A stretch of 64,000 nucleotides of DNA from Schmidtea polychroa. Its lineage: Eukaryota. Below, in pieces: positions 52,441 to 64,000 of this stretch. The notes beneath the pieces were generated by a model. The model did not search any database and was not told where the DNA came from. It saw only the letters and a program-made list of their open reading frames with translations. Every line of letters starts with the position of its first letter. The stretch's first letter is position 1. Location of the stretch: positions 47,431,727-47,495,726 of the forward strand of contig CM097885.1 in the NCBI GenBank assembly GCA_044892525.1, in the 5' to 3' direction. A program made the position numbers and the translations under genes.

Positions 52441-54032
52441 ATTTAGTCGATTTGCAGAGATTAGCAACAGTGTTCGTTGAAAAAAATCCATCATCACCTC
52501 AGGCGGATAGTAGGAAAAAGCGAGGAAGACCGAGAAAGGCACCAGTCAGATTTGAAGATTACGAAGTCTCAGATATTGACTCACCAAAAATATTCAGCAC
52601 AGTTAAAAATGAAAACAGTGATACCAACGGCTGGAATTAAGTGTGCTTACCAAAATGCAATTGTGACGATCAGATGCACTTCACTTATTTCTAAATTTTT
52701 ATAATAATATCTTTATGATTTTTCTGGTCTGAGTTTGAATTTTGATTAAGAGAATTTGTAAATGTATATTTTATGCCATTTAAAGTGTTTGTGTAAATGA
52801 TTGTAGTGATTGCGATTTTGGTATCAAATGTAATATATATATATATATAAAGTCTAATTTTGGTGTGCGAGTATATGAGTGTATTGATTAAGTAAAACAA
52901 GTTTGAATTATTTGAATTCTGATTAATTTTGAATTTGAATTTTTATCAATTTTGATGGCGATTTTTCGTAGTTTATTACTTATTTTATTTTCTAATTTTT
53001 ATATTTTATTTATTTTTAATTTATTTCTCCGCCATGAAGGATATGGGCGGTTTCTAGAATATCCTATGATATTTTAATGGTTTTGTCAAATAATTCTTAT
53101 TTCTTTTAATTTTCATGTCATTTTTTTAGTTTTTGATAATTTAATTCTTAAATTTTTTATCTTTCAGTTAGTTTCAACTATCTACTTGGCGGTCATGTTG
53201 GATTTCGCACTTTTTATAGAATATTCTAGCTTTTCTTATTATTTCTCTTAACATTTTTATTCTTAATTCATTTTCTGATGCTATTTTGTGGAAATCTTTC
53301 TAATTTCTATCTCTACTTTCTGTTATCGCCATTGATTCAAATTTTCTAATACTCTTATTTGTCTATGTTATGTTTGAGTTCATTTCGTGTAATACTTCTT
53401 GCTTTTGTTTCATTTGACTCTAGTTTTGTGTTTATCATTTTGGTGTTAGATGAATTCTATTTAATAATATCTCAAAATCGTAATTTCAAAATAAGAGGTT
53501 TTTTCTGTTTGATGATTGTTTAAAATTTGGCATGTATATGTGGTAGCAAGTATTTTGTATCACAAATTAGTAAACCAATAAACCATTTTTTTAAATGTTG
53601 TGCAATGAAGAACTTTATAATAACATGTTAGAGATTTATCTTTAGATTAAATTTTGTATATCTGTCTTTTCTTAACAACCCACATAATCTTAAAAGATGT
53701 GCCGATTTTCTATTCATATTCCTCTAAGGATATTTAAAATTACAGGACAATTGCTTTCTTGGTTTTGGACTAACTTCATTTTATCGATGATTGCGTGTTA
53801 CATAGAAAATTCATTTTTGATATTTTGTCATAATGAAAAAAATGGTTATCATATTCATGTCAGACAGAGTTATTTATTTATTCAAAATGTTGAAAATTCT
53901 TAATTGTACAAATTACAAATCTAAGAATTCCGCACTGGATTTAGATATGGTGAAAATGAAAGAAGCTGTTGTTATCTGGATGGGAGACTGTGGTAAAAAA
54001 GGGATTTCATTAGATGGATGTATTATCAAACC

Positions 54033-54887
54033 TGTTGAGGATACCTAAATGATAAATAGTTTAATAAATAAGTAAATTACCTAGGTGAAGATCGTCATGA
54101 CAAACGGGACGATCTATGGGAACTCAGAGAATAAAACGGAAGTAAAAAGAAATGAAAAATGAGAAAGATAAATCGAATAAAAGAAAACAAACAAGAAATT
54201 AAAACAAAGGTCATTGTTAATTAAAAAGTACAAACGAAGGAGGAATTTCAGATTTCAGAAAAACAAAAATATGGGGAAAGCTGTATCTTGACAGCCTTTC
54301 AAAGATAGCGAAATGGTAATAAAAGTCGGCACAACATGAGAAGTAAAAAACAGGGCATATTTCGACATCTGACAGAGATAAGGTTGAAGTAGAGGGGAAT
54401 AAGAGAAAAACGAAAATGCAAAACAAAATTTATCTCTAGTGCCACAAATGAAACGAGATTTATAAAGAGGAACTGTTGGCCGAGAAATCAGACAAAAACC
54501 GAGACAAGGAGAGAAGAAAATCGAGAGTTAAAAGGAGAGTTAAATTTAGAAAGTTAAAAATAAATTCAAATGGAGAATTTAAAGGAACAATTGAAGGGAG
54601 AATTAAACAGAATTAAGAACAGAGTGAAACGAGAAGTGACGAGGATCTCTTGTAAAATTGAATATAAAGTGGAAGTGGAGTAAAAATATTTGTGGTCAAG
54701 GCAAATAGAACAATCGATCAACGTACCCTGTAAATTACAATAATCACTAGCCGTGATAAATTTGTTTAGAGTTAATTGATTGTAATTGGAATTTTGTGCG
54801 ATCTAGTGTGAATATTAATAACGCTTTTCTTGTTCGAGATTGTAAATTTGTGAATTTATAAAACAGGCTTTGGAGTCAGAGTAAAAG
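54033..54887 (+). mobile_element. Solo-LTR-like repeat
   Basis: Begins TGTTGAGGATACC. Homologous to the inverted copy at 57757-58707 at both ends. Confidence 0.6.
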
Positions 54888-55228
54888 TTTGAATTTGCAA
54901 ACATTGTCACCAATCCAATAACCCAACAAACAGAAAGTCCTGAAAATATATGAACGCTTGAAGGAAATGAGCCATTCATTTTCACATACTCAAAATAAAT
55001 CATTTTCTGCCAGACAAGGCTGTATGGAAAATTTTATTACCTTCATGCCAGAAAATTTGTATTGCGATTTTCAGTTTTCTTATAAAGTTTTATGTTATTT
55101 TTGTTTTTAATACTTTATTATCAGAATTTTTTATGTTTAACACTTGTTTAGAAAAATAATTATTTATTATAATTATTTATTATAATATAAAGTGATGATT
55201 TCTTGGTAGCAGCATTTATTATTTAAAA

Positions 55229-55393
55229 CAATAAAATGATAATTTAAGCCTTTTGCTGTAAATAATGTATATAATGAAAAAAATTTTCGACTATAAGATA
55301 GTCCTTGTCAATCTCCTTGGACTATCTTATAGTCGGAAACTTTTTCATTAAATACATTATTTGCAGCAAAAGGTTTAAATTATCATTTTATTG
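55229..55393. repeat. Long inverted repeat (~76-bp arms, 14-nt loop)
   Basis: CAATAAAATGATAATTTAAGCC...GACTATAAGATAGTCC, loop, then GGACTATCTTATAGTC...TTATCATTTTATTG. Confidence 0.9.
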
Positions 55394-56552
55394 ATTTATT
55401 ATAATAATTCAATATCGCAAATAAATTGAAATAAATAGAAATAATTAAAATCTGTTTAACAATTATAAAACGATTTAATAGTTAATTTTCTAAAAATAGA
55501 ATAAACTGATTATAATTTGTACTTTTATTAATTTATTTAAAAGTAATTTAAAAATAACATTATATTTATAATACAATAATTATTTATGACTAATACATTG
55601 TTAAAATCTGTTAAAAATAAATATTTATCATTTTGTTTTATAAAGTGCTGGTCTGGCTAAAAATAATATCGAACTTTTACAATAGATATCCGATTCTTAA
55701 CCAGGGTTTGGAGGGGATTAATTACTGGGTTTTCCTTTAATATTTGTAATATGAAAATAATATGAAAATAAAATACGTCAACTAGGAATATCAATCTACT
55801 AATGAATGGTAACATTCTGTGATTTTTACAAAATGTACAATTTTTTAACAGAGAATCAGAGCACATTTTTCAAAGACATGACTTTTACTGAATAAATTTA
55901 AAATTTCTAGATAGCACATTTGTGATTTTCAAACAAAATATTAATTTTAGTTTAATAGATGTATAAAGTGCTTCAAATAACTTTATTAAAAAGAGAGTTT
56001 GAAGACTATAAATCAGTAATATATCGATGTTTGTTGATATTCACAAATTTTCGGCACTGCCTTTTTCAAGTGAATTTGATCATTATTATATTTAATAATT
56101 GTTGGGAAAAAATAAATTTATTTCGTATTTTATAATAAATTTATTGGTTTAATTATATTTTATTTTAATTACCCAAATATAAATAAATGTATATACACCG
56201 AATTATTCTTTTACACGAATTTGAAGTTATACTTTTCAAAAAAGTCTTCCTTTTTTGAAAGATTTATTTGATCTAATACGATTTCAAAGTCATTGTCTTA
56301 TAATTATGTAAGTGACCATGAGCGATCTAGTATAAATTGTAGTCTTTGGTAGAAGTGTGCCGAAGAAATGCAGGTTTCTAATAAATTACGCTGCTTCTAT
56401 AATCCACGTCGTTACTGGAAGTGTATAAAAAACTTTAAGAGTCAATTTGTCTATGACAGAATTTTTAATGCAAAGGTTGATAGTGCAAGACCTTTCCGGA
56501 AGCAGTTCGGCAGTTCAAAACCGTTTCGTTGACTAATACAATTGTATATGTA

Positions 56553-56750
56553 CCATATTTTCCCGAATATAGCCCACATACGCAGATAACTCGCACCCTC
56601 ATATACCCCGCGGGTTTTTTAGTTTTGTGTAAAAATTAATCAATACGTGTAAAAAAGGTTTGATATAACCCGCGGCCATATATATCCTGCAACCTCCGTG
56701 GAGTATGTAAAATTCGGTATAACCCGCAGGTTATATGCGGGAAAACACGG
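56553..56750. mobile_element. Pogo/Tc1-mariner-type MITE
   Basis: TIRs CCATATTTTCCCGAATATA / TATATGCGGGAAAACACGG, flanked by TA on both sides. Confidence 0.7.
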
Positions 56751-57756
56751 TATATATAATTCGTACGCATATGAGAACTCTAAAGTTTCAGTATTTTTTA
56801 CACGATTTTTAAATTAAATGTAATTCTTTATTTCATCTTATACAGTTTCGGAATAACATTGAACATATCCAAAATTTTACTATGGGAAACTGATCTTATT
56901 TTACATGTTTTTACATGAATTTCTGAAGAACATTTATATACCTTATAAATGCATCTAATTTGAAATAATGGCTTAAACAGAACTAGCCTTTTGAGATAAA
57001 GCAATTTAAGCTAAATCATCTATATTATTCGCGTCTGAAATTTATGACACAGGAGCTAACGTCAGCGTAATATAGTATAGAAGCTGACTACTTCACAGCG
57101 CTACTTAATGAAAGTGATCGTTCTATAATTTTGTGACTGTGTCGTCGAAAACAATGTTTCTGGTTGTGCCCGTGGACGCGTACAGAATTTTCCCAGTAAC
57201 ATTGTATTGGTAAGTTGTTATAGTTGTTTGGTAAGAAGTAAATTATAACCCGACTTCTTGCACTCTTGATTGAAATGACAAAATTTTATATTTTTATTTT
57301 TATGACAATAATGTCAACTACGCAAATTACAATAATATTCACACTCTTAGCTTGATCATAGGGGTAAGTGACCCTACGAGAAACCGTCAGAACTTAACGA
57401 ATCTTATAGAACTTTAATATTATTTTTCTAAATACTCTTTCTCGATTACTCGCACTGTTGTTAATTTGGATATGTTTACTTGATTTTTTTAAAAATTTTT
57501 AGCTGCATCAATCATTTAGAAAATGAAAACTTTAATCTAATTTGCCTTCATTCAGTCATTTTAGTTTCTAAAAAAATCAAATTAAATTCGGTTTACGTTT
57601 GTGGCCGCAAGCTTTCAAACTCCACTGCTCAATTTTCCTAATGGCCGAATTGATACTAATAATTAATTAATTTGTATTTTTTAAAATAACATTGCCTAGG
57701 TATCCCCGATTGATATAAAATTATTGTTTGGTTATAAAGTTGGCGATAAAATTAAA

Positions 57757-58707
57757 TGTTACTCTGACTCCAAGCGTGTCTTTAACCGATTCACAAATAA
57801 CACTTGATAACAGAAATCTTTATTGATTTTCACAAATAAACTTTCTCTTTACACTGACAATCAATTCAACTCTCTTCTTGGTGACTATACAATGCTTATT
57901 ACAACACTCGGTGAGGAATAGCACTTGCGTATAACACCGAATTAAAATATCACAAATTACTGATTGCTTTATCAACTGGGACATTGAGTTGGTTGTTTTC
58001 TTTGACCTTCTTCACAAGTTTATTCAAATAATCAAGTAACTTCTTTTCGTTTAATTTTTTCATCTAATTCTTTCATTTAAATCTTCTCCAACAATTATTG
58101 TTCACAATTATTTTCTTCACAATTCTTTTTCACAATCGTTTCTCCAACAACGTTTCGTCCAACGTTGTCTAATTTTCTCCAATAATTTTATCTCTCAAAT
58201 TGTCTCTCAAATCGTCTCACAAATTGTCTCAATTTTTGTTCCCACTTTTCCAAATTTTGTTCTGATTTCGTGTCCACTGGTTTTCCCTTATATTGTTATT
58301 TTATTTGTGGCACTAGCGACAGATTCTGTTTACCATTTTTCCTTTCCTCTACGTCAGCCTTATCTCTGACAGATATCAAGATATTTTTCCATTTTCCTTT
58401 TTTGTTAAGCCGCCTTCTCCCGACAATATCGCTATCTTTGACAAGCTGTCAAGATGCGGCATTTTCCTTTATTTTGATTTTCTGAAATTTGAAATTCCAC
58501 CTTCATTTGTACTTCTTAATTAACAATGACCTTTGTTTTAATTTCTTGTTAGTTTCCTTTTATTTGATTTATCTTTCTCATTTTTAATTTCATTTTACTT
58601 CCGTTTTCTTTTCTGAGTTCCCATAGATCGTCCCGTTTGTCATGACGATCTGTCCCCAGGTAATTTATTTATTTATTATGTTATTTTTCATTTAGGTATC
58701 CTCAACA
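57757..58707 (-). mobile_element. Solo-LTR-like repeat (TG...CA ends)
   Basis: Minus strand reads TGTTGAGGATACC...GGAGTCAGAGTAACA. Homologous to 54033-54887. No clear TSD. Confidence 0.6.
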
Positions 58708-58986
58708 TTATTCTATTCGTGTTCACATTTTTATTTCTTACCTGCCCATACATTTTCTCCAGAAAAATAAAATTTTTTTTATATTTTTAAATAACTTTTA
58801 AGACTTCATTTTATTTTTCGGAATATTTTTATAATTTCCCAAACTCAAATGTAATCTTTGACAAAAATAATAATTTTTATATAAGTCACTATGTAAAATT
58901 TCAAATTGTTATAAATGATAATTCAATTTATTTTCATTTTGATTTCAAGTTTCATTGGAAAAAGGCAGTTCCGATGTAAGAGAATC

Positions 58987-59066
58987 GGTGACCCGTCAAA
59001 GGGCTAGGGACAAAAAGGTGCTATTGGCGGGGGCTCTTTTGTCGGTGGCCCTTATGACGGGGTACC
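58987..59066. repeat. Small GC-rich inverted repeat, likely an internally deleted MITE
   Basis: GGTGACCCGTCAAAGGGC ... GCCCTTATGACGGGGTACC. Confidence 0.5.
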
Positions 59067-60809
59067 AAAAGAATTAAATATTGTCACACCTTAGAACTAA
59101 GTATTGCAGAAAAATACCTTTAATGTATAACAGTAGATTTATCATTCCAATACAGAAATTTGTCATTGTTTTCGAAGCGTATTTAATACAGATATTTCAT
59201 GCCTTACAATATTATGCAAATTCTGTAGAAATGTCATTATAATTAACCTTCAGAATACAGAAGATAGACATAAGATTATTTATCTTTGTTAATATTTGCA
59301 ATCTGTTAAAATGATGCAAAAATAGCAGACGAAAACAGTATAAATTATTAAGTTTGCAATTTGTTATACACTTAATTATGATGATTGTTTTCCTCATATT
59401 TGTACTTGTAAGTTTCTGTCGTTTTTGTTTTAATTTACAATTGATTGCTTTTATATATATATATATATATTCTTATATATATATATATATATATATATTC
59501 TTTTTAGATCAATTTCTACTCAATTTTCACAGAGAATTATGAAATTTCGGATTATGAAATTCGAAACCTCCTCATCTTCATCAATCATGCAGCTTCTCTC
59601 AATATATCAATAAAAATTCCTAATAATTCTCATCCAAAAATAGCTGGAAATCCACCAAATTCATGTGTTGAAAATTACAAAGTTAAGATTACAAAAAACA
59701 GTGACATCCCAATTAGATTAGAAACAATTTGTAAAAAAACCATATATTTGAATGGGACTCCATTTAAATGTATTCCACTGAATGTTCCAACACTAATCCG
59801 AAGCAGAGTGAGCAATAATTTATTCATTGATGAAATATCCCAGGAAACGCAGTGCAAAACCGTTTTAAAATGATTATATTTTTACAAAATTGAATAAATT
59901 GTGAAATTTACCCAAATTCTTTTGACACAAAAATGTAATTAAGCCAAAATAAATTTTTTTAATATATCTTAGGCTTAATTTATTTTTTACTTTAAATATT
60001 AATTTTATTCAAAATAAAAAAAACGAAGTTTAATAAATTAATTTATTAGCCCTATAATAATATTATCATTTAATTTATTAAAATAATTAAAGCCTTATTT
60101 AAACAAATGTATTTTTGAAATATTACATTAAGATAAATAAATATCAATCCAAAAACATAAGTGAAGTTACGATCAATAATATATAACTTTCAGGTAAAAT
60201 GAAATGGAATTATATGATGCGTGTAGCTCGCTAAATTTTAATAGATGTTGTTTATATCATTTTATAGCCAACACATTGTATTATAATCTACTATATTTTC
60301 TATAAAAATATTTAGTTTCATTGACTTACAGAAAGCCACTACTGCCCAAAATATTTAAAACGTCAGGGTTATTTAACATCATCTTATATTTCAAAGACTT
60401 TATCATCCTAAATCAAAAGAATGGAGATTCACATAAACGGACTGATGGGGATCTTGATGAATGCATTCGAACAGGAACATCATTATACATTTCTAATTAC
60501 GAAGAATTGAGTGATAAAATTCAGAAAGAAAAATTACAATAATTTTAGGAATTAAGTCTTAATAATTGTATTTTGTTTTAGTAAACTGCATTTATTATTT
60601 TAAATATATTTATCATTTCACTACTAATCCAATTGTAATTTTTGAAGATAAAAAATATAATTTAATTATACAATTTTAATAAATAAAGCAAAATCTATGG
60701 CCTGGTACAAATTTTGATTATCGCGCTTTACTAATATTAAAAATTCAATTTTACTGATAACTGATAGTAAAGAAAATTATTTAATAATTAAATTTATTCA
60801 CTGCAAACG

Positions 60810-61974
60810 GGTGTATAATTGGCCAGAGACGAGGCACAACAACTGGTGATCATCACTGTTTCAGTGGCTCATAATCGCATGATCAACCAGTTTACTCCAA
60901 AGAGGTGCCACTCAAATACTAAAATCCATAATTAAGAACTCTATTGGTGATAAACTTGGTGGACTCGGCATCACATCCCTTATTAATGAATACCATATCC
61001 AAGGAATTGTGCACCTCATACGTACCCCCAACTCAACAGACATTGATTTTCACAACCACGTTCTGTCTGAACTCTCACAAGCTCGAGGAAAAGGCAACAT
61101 TGTCAGCAATTTCATGGCTGAATTGTGACTTCAATAAAAGCTTTCAAATCACCTCCCTCTTCTCTAAATTTCATGAATCCTCTATCAGACTGCGCCTCAA
61201 ATATGGGATTTCTACCAAATTAACTTTCCTTGAAGAATCCTACCAACTGGAGATTAAATATAAGGATCGTATTAACTACTTCGCCTCTTCCTACCTCAAA
61301 GATACCTCATCGGAAATCCACTCGATTATCAGCCTTATATATACCGAGAAATGGTCTGAGGTGAAATGCTAGGACACATAGCCAAAAACATAGGCAATAG
61401 CAGCATCGCCAGTTTCTTCTTCAAAACTGACATACTTACCGACCCACAGTACATCTTCTTGATTCGAGCTCTTAACAACATTTTAAAATTAAACTATACA
61501 CTACGTAGAATAAAAAAAATATTCACATTATGTAGCCATTGCCATGCGCATCCTGAAACGCAAGCACACATCTTTAACCACTGTCCCGCGAAATCTAATG
61601 CACGCAGAAACAAACACAGAAATATCCTTCAAGCTGTATCTGACTTCCTACTCGAGCACAAATATGACATTGACATTGAACAAACCCCAATGGGAGTTAT
61701 CACTACTCTTATTCCTGACCTTCTAATAAAAACCCTCGAAACAAGCTTATCCACATATGGGATATAAAGGTCCCTTATGAATCAAGGACTAATTTCGACA
61801 ATACTAGACGAAACAACTTCGAAAAATACAAAAATCTAGCAATAGATATAGAACATGCACACAGCTGCAAATCCTCTGTTTTAACTCTCGTCATAGGCAC
61901 ACTAGGCACATGGGACAGAAACAATGATAAAGACTTAAGAATAATTGGACTCAGCAAATCTGAAATCAAATGTC
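60810..61974 (+). mobile_element. 3' part of an RLE-type non-LTR retrotransposon (R2/R4/NeSL-like), frameshifted and interrupted by a Polinton
   Basis: Zinc knuckle CSHCHAHPETQAHIFNHC, then RNKHRNI, IPDL, WDIKVPYE, KYKNL, IGTLGTW: the restriction-like endonuclease motifs in the expected order. Confidence 0.85.
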
Positions 61975-64000
61975 AGTAGTAGGATTGGGGCTCCCCAGAT
62001 CAGGAGCTCCCCGCATCACATATACCCCCCTCCCCCCCCCCCCCCGGGAAAAAATTTTTTTTTAAAAAATAAAAGGTCAAGGTCATTTATTTTTTTTTTA
62101 TTTAATTTTTTGTTTTAATTAAGTGATCTGGCGGGCTCACACTTTTTTTCATCCCAAAAATTAATGTTCCCACCAACAGATTTTATTGACCGATACCTCA
62201 TCTTAAAGCCCAGTCCAAGACCTTTCGAATGAGCTATAGGTATCATATATATCTTTAATAGTTTTAATGTTATTAACATTTGATGACCACCATCTTTTCA
62301 ACGTTAAATTATTATTATTATTCAAAATATTATTAATTGGCCGGGCGGGGACATACTTTTTCTCATCCCAAAAATTAATGTTGCCATTATCCGAATTTAT
62401 TAATCGATAGCTTATTTTGAAGCGTAGTCTAAGACCTTTCAATTGAGCCATAGAAGGTATCATCATCATTAACATCGGCAAAGTTATTAAAGTTTTACCG
62501 AGACCATTTTTCAAGGTCATTTATTTTTCAAAATATTATTTTCAAGGTCAAGGTCAAGGTCATTTATTTTTTCAAGGTCATTTATTTTTTCAAGGTCATT
62601 TATTTTTTCAAGGTCATTTATTTTTTCAAGGTCATATTTTAAAATTTAAATGTACAGAGTTCCCGACAACGATAATTATTCAACGATAGCTCATTTTAAA
62701 GCCCAATGCAAGACCTTTCGATTGATTCATAGAAGGTATCATCATCATTATTATTGACAAAGTTATTAACAATTGATGACCACCATCTTTTCAACGTTAA
62801 ATTATTATTATTTTCCAAAATATTATTAATTGGCCGGGAGGGCCCCTACTCTTTTTCATCCCAAAAATTAATGTTCCCATTATCCGAATTTATTGGACGA
62901 TACCTCATCTTAAAGCTCAGTCCAAGACCTTTCGAATGAGCCATAGAAGGTATCATCATCATTAATATTAACAAAGAGAATGACTCACCCAATGACTCAC
63001 CCAACGATGTCTAATATTTTTAGAACGATGACTCATCAAGGTCATTCCCAAGGTCATATGACTCATCAAGGTCAAGGTCATTTTTTTTTTAATTTAATTT
63101 TTTGTTTTAATTAAGTAATCTTTTTATTTTCAAGGTCATTTAATTTTCAAGGTCATTTAATTTTCAAGGTCATTTATTTTTTTCAAGGTCATTTATTTTT
63201 TCAAGGTCATTTATTTTTTCAAGGTCATTTATTTTTTCAAGGTCATTTATTTTTTCAAGGTCATTTATTTTTTCAAGGTCATTTATTTTTTCAAGGTCAT
63301 ATTTTAAAATTTAAATGTACAGAGTTCCCGACAACGATAATTATTCAACGATAGCTCATTTTAAAGCCCAATGCAAGACCTTTCGATTGATTCATTGAAG
63401 GTATCATCATCATTATTATTGACAAAGTTATTAACAATTGATGACCACCATCTTTTCAAAGTTAAATTATTATTATTTGTCAAAATATTATTAAGTGGCC
63501 GGGAGGGCCCCTACTTTTTTTCATCCCAAAAATTAATGTTCCCGCCAACAGATTTTATTAATCAAACACTTATTTTAAAGCCCAATGCAAGACCTTTCGA
63601 AGGTATCATCATCATTATTATTGACAAAGTTATTAACATTTTACCAAAAATCATTTTCAAGGTCATATAATTATTAAGTGGTCTGGCGGGCCCCTACTCT
63701 TTTTCATCCCAAAAATTAATGTTCCCATTATCCGAATTTATTGGACGATACCTCATCTTAAAGCTCAGTCCAAGACCTTTCGAATGAGTCATAGAAGGTA
63801 TCATCATCATTAATATTAACAAAGAGAATGACTCACCCAATGACTCACCCAACGATGTCTAATATTTTTAGAACGATGACTCATCAAGGTCATTCCCAAG
63901 GTCATATGACTCATCAAGGTCAAGGTCATTTTTTTTTTAAATTTAATTTTTTGTTTTAATTAAGTAATCTTTTTATTTTCAAGGTCATTTAATTTTCAAG
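61975..64000. mobile_element. Second Polinton of the same family (TIR only, runs off the window)
   Basis: Starts AGTAGTAGGATTGGGGCTCCCCAGATCAGGAGCTCC. Long blocks match the TIR starting at 14534. Confidence 0.95.

Noticed and set aside
51880..52640. Cys-rich minus-strand fragments (RDCHLEPCP) and an AT-hook-like KKRGRPRK ORF after a (TA)n run
   Set aside because: No consistent exon structure. More likely decayed gene or retroelement debris.
59570..60545. Possible small exons of another host gene
   Set aside because: Short ORFs with no recognisable domain or consistent splice phases.

Overview
Very AT-rich eukaryotic (animal) genomic DNA with very short GT-AG introns. The organism cannot be determined from this window. 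The backbone is a + strand TGF-beta/activin type I receptor kinase gene (ALK4/5/7-like L45 loop), with exons at ~13673-14335, 34604-34936 and 43132-43575. Its 20.3-kb intron holds a complete, apparently intact 17,654-bp Polinton/Maverick (adintovirus-like endogenous virus) at 14534-32187. The element has AGTAGTAG termini, ~2-kb modular TIRs and a perfect 6-bp TATAAC target-site duplication. It encodes a packaging ATPase, a pX-like core protein, a chromodomain integrase, penton, a pVI-like protein, a double-jelly-roll major capsid, an adenain protease and a protein-primed PolB. Its unusual features are: its own TBP-like gene; predicted spliceosomal introns in four genes (integrase, protease, an acidic ORF and a 5-exon PolB with a SUMO-interacting-motif-like N-terminus); a palindromic 58-bp tandem array inside the predicted PolB intron; an overprinted MGxxxS ORF; and dense TCAAGGTCA (nuclear receptor) plus TGACTCA (AP-1) arrays in the TIRs. 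A second copy of the same family starts at 61975 inside an RLE-type LINE remnant and runs off the window. The rest is decayed hAT elements, MITEs, solo-LTR-like repeats, microsatellites and a decayed cold-shock-domain/actin chimera. All protein assignments come from motif recognition by eye; no database search was run.
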